From: an uncultured Planctomycetaceae bacterium | GTDB lineage: Bacteria; Planctomycetota; Planctomycetia; Planctomycetales; Planctomycetaceae | Assembly: GCA_963815195.1 (NCBI GenBank) | Contig: CAWFGE010000023.1 | Span: 64,001 to 128,000, forward strand | Reading direction: 5' to 3' | Length of the DNA stretch: 64,000 nucleotides | Shown: piece by piece, positions 1 to 13,883 of the stretch | How positions within the stretch are numbered: position 1 is the stretch's first letter | How the letters are laid out: each line of letters opens with the position of its first letter | Notes under the pieces: model-generated | What the model was told of the DNA's origin: nothing | What the model saw: the letters and a program-made list of their open reading frames with translations, nothing else | Database searches by the model: none | Position numbers and translations under genes: made by a program

Positions 1-973
1 CCTCTGTGGGAGGGGCCGGGATCAATGTTTCCGGGGCGACCGCGGCTTCCTTCATTGCGGAGGTCGCATGGGCCTTGGACTCTGAACCGCTTTCGACGGG
101 AGCCAACAACTCGGCGGCCGGCGGCTGTTTCTCCGTTGGAAATTCAATGCTGAGCTCGGGCGGCTGGGGGTTCTGATCGGAAGTCGAAGTGGATTCGGTT
201 GGCAACGGGGGCGCGGGTGGCGGAGCGTAGGGCAGTTTCAGCCGATCCTGCAATGTCCGCACCAGGTCGCCGGGCAGATCTTCGTCCGGGCCAAAAAACA
301 ATTCCGCCCCCTCCGCCAACTGCTCCGCCGCAATCGCCCAGCGGAGCGCGTCCTCGTATTCGCCGACCTGCATCTCGCGGCGGGCGGTTTGCATCATCGT
401 CGCAACCCGCCGGCGAGCGGTCTTGGTTTGATCGAAGTCCTTCGGAGCCAATGGAGTTTTGGCATCGTGCCGAATCGCAATCTTGAGCCGCTCCAATTGA
501 GACGGGCTTTGGAATTCCGGCGGCTCGGTCGGGACCCGCTCGATCGCCGGCTCCGAAGGGGCCGGCGGGGAAAGATCGTGGACGGCCGTCTGATGTTGCG
601 CCAATCGCACTGGGTCGTCCGGGGGTTCCAGAACGGCAGGCAACGGGGGAACGGCGGCGGGATCGAAAGAGTTCCCAGCGTCGGAAAAACCGTCAGTCCC
701 CGCAAGCTCTTGTTCTGAAATGGGTTCCGCGGATTTTAAGAAGGGATTCTCGGTCCAGTGCTCACCCCAGAACTTGGGCAGAATGTTTGTAAAGCGGGGT
801 TCGACGTGTTGGCTGTCGAGGGTGTGGGACGGAGCGTGATCGAAGCCCCAAAACCTCCGGAACGCCGATTCGCCGCCCCGCTGGGCACACCCCAACGGAA
901 GGACCATCCCCGCCACCAGAACGGCGAGAGCCCCGCCGCGGCGAAGCGTCGAATTGGGAACCCGGAAACGCAT
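1..973 (-). CDS. Pro-rich hypothetical lipoprotein, runs off the left edge (partial)
   Basis: Hand-translated from ATG at 973: MRFRVPNSTLRRGGALAVLVAGMVLPLGCAQ, a signal peptide with lipobox LPLG-C. Frame appears open to the window edge, so it is absent from the ORF track. Confidence 0.7.
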   Translation of the reverse strand, partial: MRFRVPNSTLRRGGALAVLVAGMVLPLGCAQRGGESAFRRFWGFDHAPSHTLDSQHVEPRFTNILPKFWGEHWTENPFLKSAEPISEQELAGTDGFSDAGNSFDPAAVPPLPAVLEPPDDPVRLAQHQTAVHDLSPPAPSEPAIERVPTEPPEFQSPSQLERLKIAIRHDAKTPLAPKDFDQTKTARRRVATMMQTARREMQVGEYEDALRWAIAAEQLAEGAELFFGPDEDLPGDLVRTLQDRLKLPYAPPPAPPLPTESTSTSDQNPQPPELSIEFPTEKQPPAAELLAPVESGSESKAHATSAMKEAAVAPETLIPAPPTE

Positions 974-1301
974 CCGTCGGACCTTGATGTTTGTTCAGAT
1001 TGGAAGCTCAGCGCAGCCGCGATGTTGTTCCTGTCTCTTCTTGATCGACGGATTCGATTTTTCGGCGTGAGGTCGATTGGGCGGAGTGGGCAAAAATCTC
1101 TCAATTTGCGGGAGCCCAAGAGCCGCGCACGAAGTAAGCGGTTTTTCTAGATTTACAGATCGCGATACCGCTTACTTCGTACGCGGCTCTGGCGTTTTTT
1201 AAGCATATGTTCAGTAACAGTTTGCTCTCGCTTGCGAGCCTTTGCTTGTGGTAGAACCCCGCGGTTGACTCAGAAGAACACAACACAAGGAGAGGGAACC
1301 G

Positions 1302-2063
1302 ATGCGAGTGGTGGGGATCATCCCGGCGAGAGGCGCGTCGAGCCGGCTGCCCGGGAAATTGTTGCTGGCCGACACCGGAAAGCCTTTGCTGCAATACACT
1401 TGGGAAGCGGCGTCGCGGTCGGGCCGGCTGGCGGACTTGATCGTCGCCACCGACAGCCCGGAGATTTTCGCGGCCGCCGAAGCCTTCGGCGGCCGGGCCG
1501 AGATGACGGGCGAACACGCCAGCGGCACCGACCGCATCGCCGAGGTCGCCCGCCGCTGCTGCCCGGAGGCGAAGATTCTCGTCAACGTCCAAGGCGACGA
1601 GCCGGAACTCGATCCGCGGCAGATCGATGTGCTCGTCGAGACGCTTTTGTCTCACCCCGAAACGGAAATGGCCACGCTCGCCGCGCCGATTCGCAGCCGG
1701 TCTGTGCTCGAAGATCCATCGTGCACGAAAGTAGTGTGTGCGGCGGACGGGCGGGCCCTGTATTTCAGCCGGGCCGCGATTCCGTTCTGCCGGGATGCGG
1801 GGCCCGAGCAAATCGAGGAACTCCTGGCTCACGAGTCCCCGTGGAAGCTGCATTTGGGGATTTACGCCTATCGCCGGGATTTTTTGCTGCGATTGACGAA
1901 ATTGCCGCCGTCGCCCTTGGAACGGCTGGAGAAATTGGAGCAATTGCGCGCATTGGAAGCCGGGGCGTCCATTCAGGTCGCGATTGTGGACCATTATGCA
2001 GTTGGCATCGACACGCCGGGCGATTATGCTCAGTTCGTCGCCCGGCAGTGCCGCGCCGCTTAA
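1302..2063 (+). CDS. kdsB: 3-deoxy-manno-octulosonate cytidylyltransferase
   Basis: IIPARGASSRLPGK, SGTDRIAE, NVQGDEP, ALYFSR, HLGIYAY, LEQLRAL motifs. Confidence 0.96.
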   Translation: MRVVGIIPARGASSRLPGKLLLADTGKPLLQYTWEAASRSGRLADLIVATDSPEIFAAAEAFGGRAEMTGEHASGTDRIAEVARRCCPEAKILVNVQGDEPELDPRQIDVLVETLLSHPETEMATLAAPIRSRSVLEDPSCTKVVCAADGRALYFSRAAIPFCRDAGPEQIEELLAHESPWKLHLGIYAYRRDFLLRLTKLPPSPLERLEKLEQLRALEAGASIQVAIVDHYAVGIDTPGDYAQFVARQCRAA

Positions 2064-2081
2064 CCATCCATCAACAGATGA

Positions 2082-3809
<1,728 letters not shown>

Positions 3810-3895
3810 TCCTCCGCGCGAATACCCAGTGGTCGGGAACTTCGACCGAACAAACCAGTCGCACCCGAACCAAGACAATGCTGGATTTCCACCGG

Positions 3896-4789
3896 TCAAC
3901 GGGGCCAATCGAAACGCACGACGCGGCCGGTGTCGAAGCCGCACACAAAGCTTTGCCCCAACGGGTCCGCATGCACGCGGACGACGGGATCGGGGGCTTC
4001 CGCCGCCCAGTGCAGATGGCCCTGGGGGTTCATGCGGTACAGATAATTCTCCTGCGTGGCGACGATGATCGCCGAACCGTCGACGCTCGTGGAAAGCCGG
4101 CTGGGGGAACCCTTGAGGACGTAGGAAGCAAACGGGCAGCCTTCGCCGTCATAAACCTGAATGCCGTGGCTGTAGCTTGCGAGGAAGACATGCCGGCCGT
4201 CGCCCGTGATGGCGAGATCGCCCACGGTGTTCCAGAGTTTCTCGTCCCACACGGGTTCGCCGTCGAATTGCTGCCGTTGGAGCAATCCGTAATCCGCCGA
4301 TCCGATCAACGCGGGCTCGGTCATCACAAACCTCAAAAAATGCAGCGGGCGAAAGGAGTCGAACTCGCAGACTCGGCGTTTGTTTTCGCCGATGATCAAC
4401 GTCTCGCTCGTATCCAAAGCGGCGGCGATGTATTGGCCGAAGGGATCCATGGCGACGGCGTGGATCGTTCCGGGAAGTTGCATCGTCCAGCGGATCTGCA
4501 ATTGCCGGTCGAAGCGGCAGATCTCCGACTTGCCCAAGACCGCGGCCCCGTCGGTGCCGGTTTCGCTCCAGGCCAAAATTCGCAGCTGCTTAAATCCCCG
4601 CGTCATCAACTGAACGCGGCCCCGGCGGTCCAAGCGGTACAGGCCGCCCAGGACATCGGCCGCCAACGTGTCGCCGGTTTCGCGGGCGAATTGGACATCG
4701 GCGAGCGGCGCATCTGTCGCAAACGCCCATGTCTGCGCGGGAGGCGAACCGTTGCCCGAATGGAGCCAATCGGAATCTTCGCGGGGCAT
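3896..4789 (-). CDS. WD40/PQQ-like beta-propeller protein
   Basis: Repeated blade-like motifs (AVAMDPFG, LAITGDG, LSTSVDG, VHADPLG). GGAGGA RBS precedes ATG 4789. Confidence 0.65.
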   Translation of the reverse strand: MPREDSDWLHSGNGSPPAQTWAFATDAPLADVQFARETGDTLAADVLGGLYRLDRRGRVQLMTRGFKQLRILAWSETGTDGAAVLGKSEICRFDRQLQIRWTMQLPGTIHAVAMDPFGQYIAAALDTSETLIIGENKRRVCEFDSFRPLHFLRFVMTEPALIGSADYGLLQRQQFDGEPVWDEKLWNTVGDLAITGDGRHVFLASYSHGIQVYDGEGCPFASYVLKGSPSRLSTSVDGSAIIVATQENYLYRMNPQGHLHWAAEAPDPVVRVHADPLGQSFVCGFDTGRVVRFDWPR

Positions 4790-4853
4790 CAATTCCTCCA
4801 AAGTGGGTCGCGCGGAACATGCTAACGTCCATTTCGACCACGAGAACCGGGGC

Positions 4854-5618
4854 TTACGCCCCACGCTCGCCGGGGGAATACACGGGCAGGGTAAAGCAGA
4901 AGTTGCAGCCCTGGCCGGGTTCGGTTTCGCACCAAAGTCTGCCGCCGTGCTGCTCGATATACGCCCGGCTGAAGGCCAGTCCCAAACCGAGGCCGTCCTC
5001 TTTCGTGGTGAAGAACTTCTCGAAAACCTTCTCGATCATTTCCGGCGGGATGCCCGGCCCCTGATCGCGGACGGAGACCTCCACGAATTCGGGCTCATCG
5101 TTCTGAAGCGAAATCGTAATTCTCCGCCCGTCGAGTCTCACCTTCAGCATTGCCTGCATCGCGTTGAGCATCAGGTTCACGAGCACCAGCGTGATTTGCG
5201 CGGGGTCGGCCAGCACGGGCGGAATGTCCGCTGTGTGGATCCTTTCGAGTTGCACGCACTTCTGGCGGAACTTGCTTCGCATCAAGAGTTCCGACTGCTC
5301 GATGATCGCCGGCAACCGCACCGGCACCCGCTCGCTGGTGCGGGTGCGGACGAACTGCTGAATCATCATCAGCACGTCCCGCATGTAGTGGGCTTGCTCT
5401 TCGATGTCTTGGATGCACTCGTACGCGTTTTCGACCGTCAACGTGCCCCGCTCCGCCCGGCGGTTGGCCCCGTGCGTGTATTGCAAAATCGCCGAGAGCC
5501 CGTTGGCCAAATCGTGCGCAAGGCTGGCGGCCATTTCCCCCATTCCAATCAACCGCGAGGCTTGCTTCAACCGGTTGTTGAGGTTCCGGATTTCCGCCTC
5601 GGCATCTGTGCGTCTCAT
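4854..5618 (-). CDS. Minimal cytoplasmic histidine kinase (HisKA + HATPase_c, no sensor domain)
   Basis: GEMAASLAHDL H-box, NLMLNAMQA N-box, DQGPGI, FFTTK, GLGLGL. Confidence 0.88.
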   Translation of the reverse strand: MRRTDAEAEIRNLNNRLKQASRLIGMGEMAASLAHDLANGLSAILQYTHGANRRAERGTLTVENAYECIQDIEEQAHYMRDVLMMIQQFVRTRTSERVPVRLPAIIEQSELLMRSKFRQKCVQLERIHTADIPPVLADPAQITLVLVNLMLNAMQAMLKVRLDGRRITISLQNDEPEFVEVSVRDQGPGIPPEMIEKVFEKFFTTKEDGLGLGLAFSRAYIEQHGGRLWCETEPGQGCNFCFTLPVYSPGERGA

Positions 5619-5801
5619 GGAAATGTGCTCTCCCAATTCTCAGCAAACGGCATCGGGCAGGACGTGCGAATTCCGAAGAACTCCCGCCCAGCTAAAACCG
5701 GAAATGCTGATAGGCAACTCCAGTATAGCAGGAACGGTCCTCATCCGCAGAGAACTAATCCCAGATTCTAGGGATTATACTAAGGAGAAAACCTGAAGGT
5801 T

Positions 5802-7040
5802 TCAGCCTATACCAACTAAACAGGAAGAATCGCGGTGATCGAGCACCGGCAGGCCCGCGGGCGGGAAGAGATGGTTGTATTTGAGCCCGCTTCCCGTGTT
5901 GAAAAGCACGATGGTTTCGTCCGGCGACAGCCAGCCCTGTTCGGCCAACTGCCGGCAGGCCACCCACACGGCCCCGCCTTCAGGACAGGCGTAGATTCCC
6001 TGTTCGCGGGCGAGTTGCTTCACGCCGTCCAGAAGGTCGGCATCGCTGACCGCAACCGCGGTCCCGTTGCTTTTCCTCAGGGCCTCGAGCATCAGAAAAT
6101 CGCCGATCGCCGCCGGCACCCGCAGTCCGGAGGCGACGGTCGAAGCATTGGGGAACATCTCGGCATGGTCGGCCCCCTCTTTGAACGCCTTGACGATCGG
6201 GGCGCAGTTCTCCGCCTGCACCGAGACCATCCTCGGCCGTTCGGAGCCGATCCAGCCCAGCCGCTCCATTTCGTCGAAGGCTTTCCACATCCCGATCAGC
6301 CCGGTGCCGCCGCCGGTGGGATAGAAAATCACGTCCGGCAGTTGGAGTTCGCCGGTTCCGCGAGCGTCGGCGAGATCGAAGGCCAGTTCGTAGCCCATCG
6401 TTTTTTTGCCTTCGATGCGGAAGGGCTCTTTCAACGTGGACAGATCGAACCAGCCGAACCGCTCCACGCCTTGCCGGACGAGCTTGCCGCAATCGCTGAT
6501 GAGGCCGTTGACCAGGTACACGTTCGCCCCGCCGACGACGGATTCGGTGATGTTCGCGGGCGGGGTGTCCTCGGGCATAAAGAGATAGCATTGCATCCCG
6601 GCGCGTGCGGCATAATAGGTCGCCGCTCCCGCCGCGTTCCCCGCGGAAGGGAGCGCCACGACTTTCGCCCCGAGCGCCTTGGCCCGCGTGATCGCCGCCG
6701 ACATTCCCCGCGATTTGAAGCTCCCCGTGGGATTGAGGGCCTCATCTTTCACGAAGAGGTTCGGATACTCGGCGAACGCTCCCTGCCGTTCGCAGCGAAG
6801 CAGCGGGGTCAAGCCTTCGCCCAGGGACACCGCTTCCTCCGGGGCGTTCACGGGGAGCACGTCCCAAAACCGCCACATCGAACGCACCGTCCGCCGCCGC
6901 ACCGCCTCCGGCGTGAATTTCGACTTGATGGAATCCAGGTCGTATTCCGCCAACAACGGTTTTCCGGCCTCGCTGAGATTCCACAACCGATCCACCGGAT
7001 ACGTCTTCCCCGTCGCCGAGCAAACAAGCTGCGTATGCAC
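5802..7040 (-). CDS. thrC: Threonine synthase (PLP-dependent, fold type II)
   Basis: SLGEGLTPL, NPTGSFKSRG (PLP Lys), SAGNAAG, EGKKTMGYE, PTGGGTG, FNTGSGLKY. Confidence 0.85.
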   Translation of the reverse strand: MHTQLVCSATGKTYPVDRLWNLSEAGKPLLAEYDLDSIKSKFTPEAVRRRTVRSMWRFWDVLPVNAPEEAVSLGEGLTPLLRCERQGAFAEYPNLFVKDEALNPTGSFKSRGMSAAITRAKALGAKVVALPSAGNAAGAATYYAARAGMQCYLFMPEDTPPANITESVVGGANVYLVNGLISDCGKLVRQGVERFGWFDLSTLKEPFRIEGKKTMGYELAFDLADARGTGELQLPDVIFYPTGGGTGLIGMWKAFDEMERLGWIGSERPRMVSVQAENCAPIVKAFKEGADHAEMFPNASTVASGLRVPAAIGDFLMLEALRKSNGTAVAVSDADLLDGVKQLAREQGIYACPEGGAVWVACRQLAEQGWLSPDETIVLFNTGSGLKYNHLFPPAGLPVLDHRDSSCLVGIG

Positions 7041-7097
7041 GAGATGTCCTTCGTTAAAAGCTTCGCGTTAACAACAGACAATAAACCCCGCGAGAAA

Positions 7098-8282
7098 TCA
7101 GGCTTCCAGTTCAATCTCGCGCGGCCATTGCTGGTAGGCTTCCCAGTAGGTTTTTTTGAGGGCGATCTCGTCATCGTCGTCGGCCGGTTGAATGTGGCCG
7201 TTGACGTTGATGGCTCGGGAAACGATGGTGTGCTTGCCGGGCGAGAGGCGGCCCAAATCGATCGAGAAAAACACCCAGGAATACTGCGACCGCGGCTCCT
7301 TGTCGAGCGTCGCCGGCTGCCATTTGCCGCCATCGACCTGCACTTCCACCTGCTTGATGCCCGTGCCATCGTCCCAGGCGGCTCCGTACGCTTTGACGGG
7401 AATGCCTGCTTCGGTCTTGGAGGGCAGCCGGGTCACGCGGGCGATGATGGATTTCAGATTCATCCGGCTCACGGAGGATTCGACGAACACGACTTCGCCG
7501 TCTTTCCGCTCGCCGCGGACGGTGACATAATCCCGGCCCATGAACCGCCCCATATACCGGCTGTCGCGGACCTCGATCCGCTTGAGCCATTTGACATTGG
7601 CGATGCCGTACCAGCCGGGGATGATCAGCCGCAAAGGCGCGCCGGTCCGTTTTTCCAGCGGCTCGCCGTTTCGCTCATAGGCGATGAGGGCATTGAGGTT
7701 CGACGCATCTTCCACCGACAAGCTTCTCCCGAAGGGGACTTCGACGGTAAGTTCCCGGTTCGTGCCTTTCCGCAGCGTTTCCTTCTGGCGATCCACGCCG
7801 AAGAACACGACCTCTTCCGCCCCGGTCTTGAGGCCGCAGTCTTTCAAAATCGGAGCGAGCGGCGTGCCGGTCCAGCGGCTGTTGTAGATGGCATTCATAA
7901 ACCCTTTGCCCGCCCCGTTGCCGGAGCATTCGAGCGTCATCAACTGCTCTTTTTTGGGAAGGGCTTTGATGTCTTCGAGGGTGAGCTTCACCGGCTTCTC
8001 GACAAGGCCGGTGATTTCCAACTGGAAATCCTCCGCTTTGAAATCCGGGATCCCATAATGCTGCACGCTGAAGACCTGATCCTGCGGCGTCAGCCATTCG
8101 TCGAGCGTTTCCCAATCCAACCGGTTCGGAGCGGTGCGGGGCATGTTCAAAAACGGCACGAGTTCCTCGTCTTCCCGCTGGTCGGAAAACACAAACCCCG
8201 GCACCGCCATGTGTGCCAACGCAAACGCCAACGCGCCGGAACCCGCCTTTAGAACATCGCGTCGGTTGGGGGCATACGTCAT
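7098..8282 (-). CDS. Tat-exported sulfite-oxidase-family molybdopterin oxidoreductase with Mo-co dimerisation domain
   Basis: NRRDVLK Tat motif, LECSGN (Mo-ligating Cys), WTGTPL, GAPLRLIIPGWYG, VKWLKRI. Confidence 0.88.
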   Translation of the reverse strand: MTYAPNRRDVLKAGSGALAFALAHMAVPGFVFSDQREDEELVPFLNMPRTAPNRLDWETLDEWLTPQDQVFSVQHYGIPDFKAEDFQLEITGLVEKPVKLTLEDIKALPKKEQLMTLECSGNGAGKGFMNAIYNSRWTGTPLAPILKDCGLKTGAEEVVFFGVDRQKETLRKGTNRELTVEVPFGRSLSVEDASNLNALIAYERNGEPLEKRTGAPLRLIIPGWYGIANVKWLKRIEVRDSRYMGRFMGRDYVTVRGERKDGEVVFVESSVSRMNLKSIIARVTRLPSKTEAGIPVKAYGAAWDDGTGIKQVEVQVDGGKWQPATLDKEPRSQYSWVFFSIDLGRLSPGKHTIVSRAINVNGHIQPADDDDEIALKKTYWEAYQQWPREIELEA

Positions 8283-8335
8283 GATGAACCTCCTCGGTCT
8301 AAAAGAACTCGTGCGAACAAATCGGCCCCATTCTG

Positions 8336-9121
8336 TCACGAACCGGCCTTTTTCGGCAAGTTATCGGGCGAAACGCTGATGTCGATGGTCTCGGTTTCGT
8401 CCGCTTTGACTTCGATCTTTTGGGACCATTTCAACTCGCCCGCCGGGTGGACCATCTCGAGTTCGTATTCGCCGGGCGGGACGTTTTTCAGCTCGAAGCG
8501 GCCGTCGGCTTTGGTGATTTGATAATGCGGATGGTCGAAGACGAAAATCCAGGCCCGCATCGCGCTGTGATACACGCAGCCGACGCGGTAAGGCCGGCGG
8601 AGGTTGCCGGCTTTCTCGAAGCTCTCGACGTGCTCGCCGCCCGCGGGCATGGTCACATTGAACGAATGCAGAATGTGAAACGCCTGCACGTTGTGCACGG
8701 CTTTGTCGCTGTTGAGAAACTTGACCCGATCGCCCGCCCGGACCGCGATCGTCTCCGGCGTGAACTGGAAATCCTTCTGGTCCACCGTGACCGTGGCCGG
8801 CGTGTTGGACGGCTCGGGTTTCTGCGGAGCCAGCGGCTTGAGCGCGACCACCGCTTCGGCCAGTTCGCCGGTCTTTTTGTTTTTGACATAATACCGCGCA
8901 TACCGCCAAGGGCGTTTGGCGTCGGCGTGATAGAGGACGGTCCCTTTCACCGTGCCGGTGTGCGGGGTTTCGCCCTGGGTTTGGGCTTCTTCTTTCGATG
9001 CCGGCGGCTCGACCGCGTGGAGAGCCGAGAACCCAAGTCCCAACCCCATTATCGCCGCCACGATCGGCAGCAGGCCCGTCGCTTTCGGAAACGTTCGATG
9101 TTCTTGTTTCATCAATTCCAT
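8336..9121 (-). CDS. Exported cupredoxin-fold protein with C-terminal carboxypeptidase-regulatory-like beta domain
   Basis: Signal peptide; QFTPETIAVRAGDRVKFLN, HNV and C-V-Y-H-S-A-M type-1 copper ligand set; ADGRFELKNVPPGEYEL. Confidence 0.75.
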   Translation of the reverse strand: MELMKQEHRTFPKATGLLPIVAAIMGLGLGFSALHAVEPPASKEEAQTQGETPHTGTVKGTVLYHADAKRPWRYARYYVKNKKTGELAEAVVALKPLAPQKPEPSNTPATVTVDQKDFQFTPETIAVRAGDRVKFLNSDKAVHNVQAFHILHSFNVTMPAGGEHVESFEKAGNLRRPYRVGCVYHSAMRAWIFVFDHPHYQITKADGRFELKNVPPGEYELEMVHPAGELKWSQKIEVKADETETIDISVSPDNLPKKAGS

Positions 9122-9123
9122 GC

Positions 9124-10893
<1,770 letters not shown>

Positions 10894-11145
10894 CGGGGAT
10901 TACCCTCATCAAAAGATTATCACGCCTTATCGGCCGGCCATCGGCTCGAAAGGCCGTCAATTATAGAAGACACGCCGCCCGCCGCAATGTTCATCGAACG
11001 AGTTCCGCCGCGAACGCGCCGCCCCCCGCATCGTACAAGGCGAGGGAAATCTTCGCCAAGCGAACCGTGGTTCCAGTATGGGATCCGGGTTATAAAGGGG
11101 GAAAGATTTTGTTCCGGCCGCCCAATGCTTTCGAGGAAGTCCCCA

Positions 11146-12637
11146 ATGCGACTGCAAAACCTGCGATATTTCGTCTCTCTGGCGTTGGCCGTTTTTTGGA
11201 TCGGATCGATACCCGTCGCGGCGGCAGAGGCGAAGACTTCGAAACCGAACGTCCTGATCGTGCTCTCGGATGACCTGGGGTACGGCGACCTGGCCTGCTA
11301 TGGGAACGAAGTCGTTCTGACCCCGAATCTGGACCGCTTCGCCCGCGAGGGGCTGCGACTGACGAGTTGCTACGCGGCGGCACCGAACTGCTCGCCCGCG
11401 CGGACCGGCCTGATGACCGGCCGGACCCCTTACCGCGTGGGAATTTACAATTGGATCCCCATGTTCTCGCCGATGCACGTCCCGAAATCGGAAATCACCA
11501 TCGCCACGCTCTTGCGAAAAGCCGGTTATGCGACGGCCCATTGCGGGAAATGGCATCTGAACGGGCGCTTCAATCTACCCGAGCAGCCGCAGCCTTCCGA
11601 GCATGGCTTCGATCACTGGTTCTCGACGCAAAATAACGCCCTCCCCAATCATCACGATCCCGACAACTTCGTGCGGAACGGCGAGCCCGTGGGCAAGCTC
11701 GCAGGTTATTCCGCCGATCTGGTTTCGAACGAGGCGATCGATTGGCTGACCGAAAAGCGCGACAAAGCGAAGCCGTTTTTCCTGTTCGTCTGTTTTCACG
11801 AACCGCACGAGCCGATCGCGTCCGCTCCGAAATTTGCGAAGAAGTACGCGAAGTTTGACGATCCCGCGCGGGAGGCCCATCATGGAAATATCACGCAGAT
11901 GGACGCCGCGTTCGGCCGGCTGATGGCGGCCCTCGACCAACAAAACCTGCGGGACGAGACGCTGGTGGTGTTCACGAGCGACAACGGGCCGGCGATCACG
12001 GCGATCCATCCGTACGGCTCGGCGGGGCCGCTCCGGTCCAAGAAAGGGTTCTTGTATGAAGGCGGAATCCGCGTGCCGGGCATGATCCGCTGGCCCGGCC
12101 GCATCGAACCGGGCCGCGAATCGGACGAGCCGATCTGCGGCGTAGATTGGCTGCCGACGCTTTGCGCCGTCACCGGAATTCAGCCGCCCGAGGATCGCAA
12201 GATCGACGGCAGCGACATCCGCCCGCTGTTCGACGGCCGGCCCGTAAAGCGCAAAACCCCGCTGTACTGGCAATTTGATTACGTCCAGAGCGGCCCGCAA
12301 GTCGCGATGCGGGAGGGAGACTGGAAGATCGTCGGCTTCACCAGCGGCCGGCATCCTGCCGCCCACCGCCGACCTCACCGAAGCGGCGCTAGAGCACATT
12401 AACTCCGCGACGCTCGAATCGTTCGAACTTTATAACCTCAAAACCGACATCGGCGAGACGACCAATCTCGCGGAGCAAGAACCCGCGCGCCTCAAGAAAA
12501 TGTCGGAGCAGTTGGCAAATCTGTATCAGGAAATCCAGCGGGAGAACCCGGCGTGGCCGAGTTGGACTTCGCCGCGGTACGAAGGCCAACGCATCCTCTG
12601 GGAGACCGACGCCCGCAAACAAACGAAAGCCCCATGA
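11146..12637 (+). CDS. Secreted formylglycine-dependent sulfatase (frameshift near 12350)
   Basis: PNVLIVLSDDLGYGD, CSPARTGLMTGR, GKWHL, SDNG, YEGGIRVP. The C-terminal ELYNLKTDIGETTNLA continues in the +1 frame. Confidence 0.9.
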
Positions 12638-12750
12638 CCCCACGGACAATCTGCGAAAAACGGAGAATTTGGGCTAAGCGCGTTTTGCACATTTTGCTAG
12701 CATCCGCCGGCTTTGGATGGATTTTCGGTTTTCGGGAAGGAGCCTGACGG

Positions 12751-13731
12751 ATGCCCCGCGCGCGACAAAACGCTTTGATTTCTAAAGTTTTCCTCTTCTC
12801 GGTTCTCGCCGTCGCGAGTGCGGCGGAGGCGGCCAACAACAAGACGGACTCCGCCAAAGCGGCCGACCCCGACGCCTACACGCTCCGCTACCAGTTCAAA
12901 AAAGATGAGGTGCTCCATTACCGGGTGGACCACGAGTCCACCCTCATTGCCTCAAAGCCCGAACTCAGCCAACGGACGAAAAACGAGGTGCATTCCAAGA
13001 AGAACCAGCGGGTGGTGGCGACGGACTCCGCCGGGAATGCGACGTTGGAACTGGCGATCGACTGGGTGAAGATGTCGGCCCAGTTCGACGATTCCGAGGC
13101 GCGCGTCTTTGACAGCAAACACCCCGACGACTGCCCCGATTGTTACAAAGGCGTGCGGCAGGTCATCGGGCAGCCCCTGGCCCGCGTGCGGGTGTCGCCG
13201 CGCGGGACGCTGCTGTCCTCGACGCCGCTGTTAAGCCCCGCGGTGTTGGCCCGCGCCCGCATGCTGCCGCCGGACCCGTCCAGCGAGTCGAACGACCCCA
13301 TGCGGAATTTTCTGGTCGAGTTCCCGGAAGAACCGCTCAAAATCGGCGAAGGCTGGACGAACACCTACAAAGTCAAAGTCCAGGTGACCCGCCGGCTGTC
13401 GCAAGATGTGACCATGCAGCGGAGCTACGAACTCACGGAAGTGAAAGACCAACGCGCCACAATCAAAATGCGGACCGCGCTGATCACCCCCATCCGCGAC
13501 GGCCAGATTCTGGGCCAGCTCATCCAGATGACGCCCAGCGGCACGATCGTGTTCGATCTGGAGCACGGCCGGATCGTCTCCCGCACGCTGGCCATCGACA
13601 AAACCGAAGTCGGCGTGATCGGCGGTAACGGCTCGATGCAGGCCAAGAGCAAACGCGTGGAATGCTGGATCGACCCCGCCAAAGAGAAAGCCGACAGCGA
13701 ACCCAAACCGAAAGCGGATGAGCAATCATGA
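12751..13731 (+). CDS. Secreted hypothetical protein (planctomycete type, DUF6263-like)
   Basis: Signal peptide; YTLRYQFKK, FPEEPLKIGEGW, GTIVFDLEHGRI pattern. Confidence 0.6.
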   Translation: MPRARQNALISKVFLFSVLAVASAAEAANNKTDSAKAADPDAYTLRYQFKKDEVLHYRVDHESTLIASKPELSQRTKNEVHSKKNQRVVATDSAGNATLELAIDWVKMSAQFDDSEARVFDSKHPDDCPDCYKGVRQVIGQPLARVRVSPRGTLLSSTPLLSPAVLARARMLPPDPSSESNDPMRNFLVEFPEEPLKIGEGWTNTYKVKVQVTRRLSQDVTMQRSYELTEVKDQRATIKMRTALITPIRDGQILGQLIQMTPSGTIVFDLEHGRIVSRTLAIDKTEVGVIGGNGSMQAKSKRVECWIDPAKEKADSEPKPKADEQS

Positions 13732-13845
13732 CGAACCGACCGCCGGGCGTTGTGGGGGTTTTGTTTTTCGTCTGGTTGAACGTCGGGGCGCTCTTTCCCA
13801 ACGAGGGTGATCCGCCGACGGGAATGCTGGACTGACCCAAAATCG

Positions 13846-13866
13846 CACTGGCAGAGCCAGTGGCAC
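13846..13866. repeat. Short palindromic REP-like element CACTGGC-AGA-GCCAGTG(GCAC)
   Basis: Perfect 7-bp stem between two convergent genes. Confidence 0.6.
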
Positions 13867-13883
13867 ACAGCGAGTCCGCCCGC

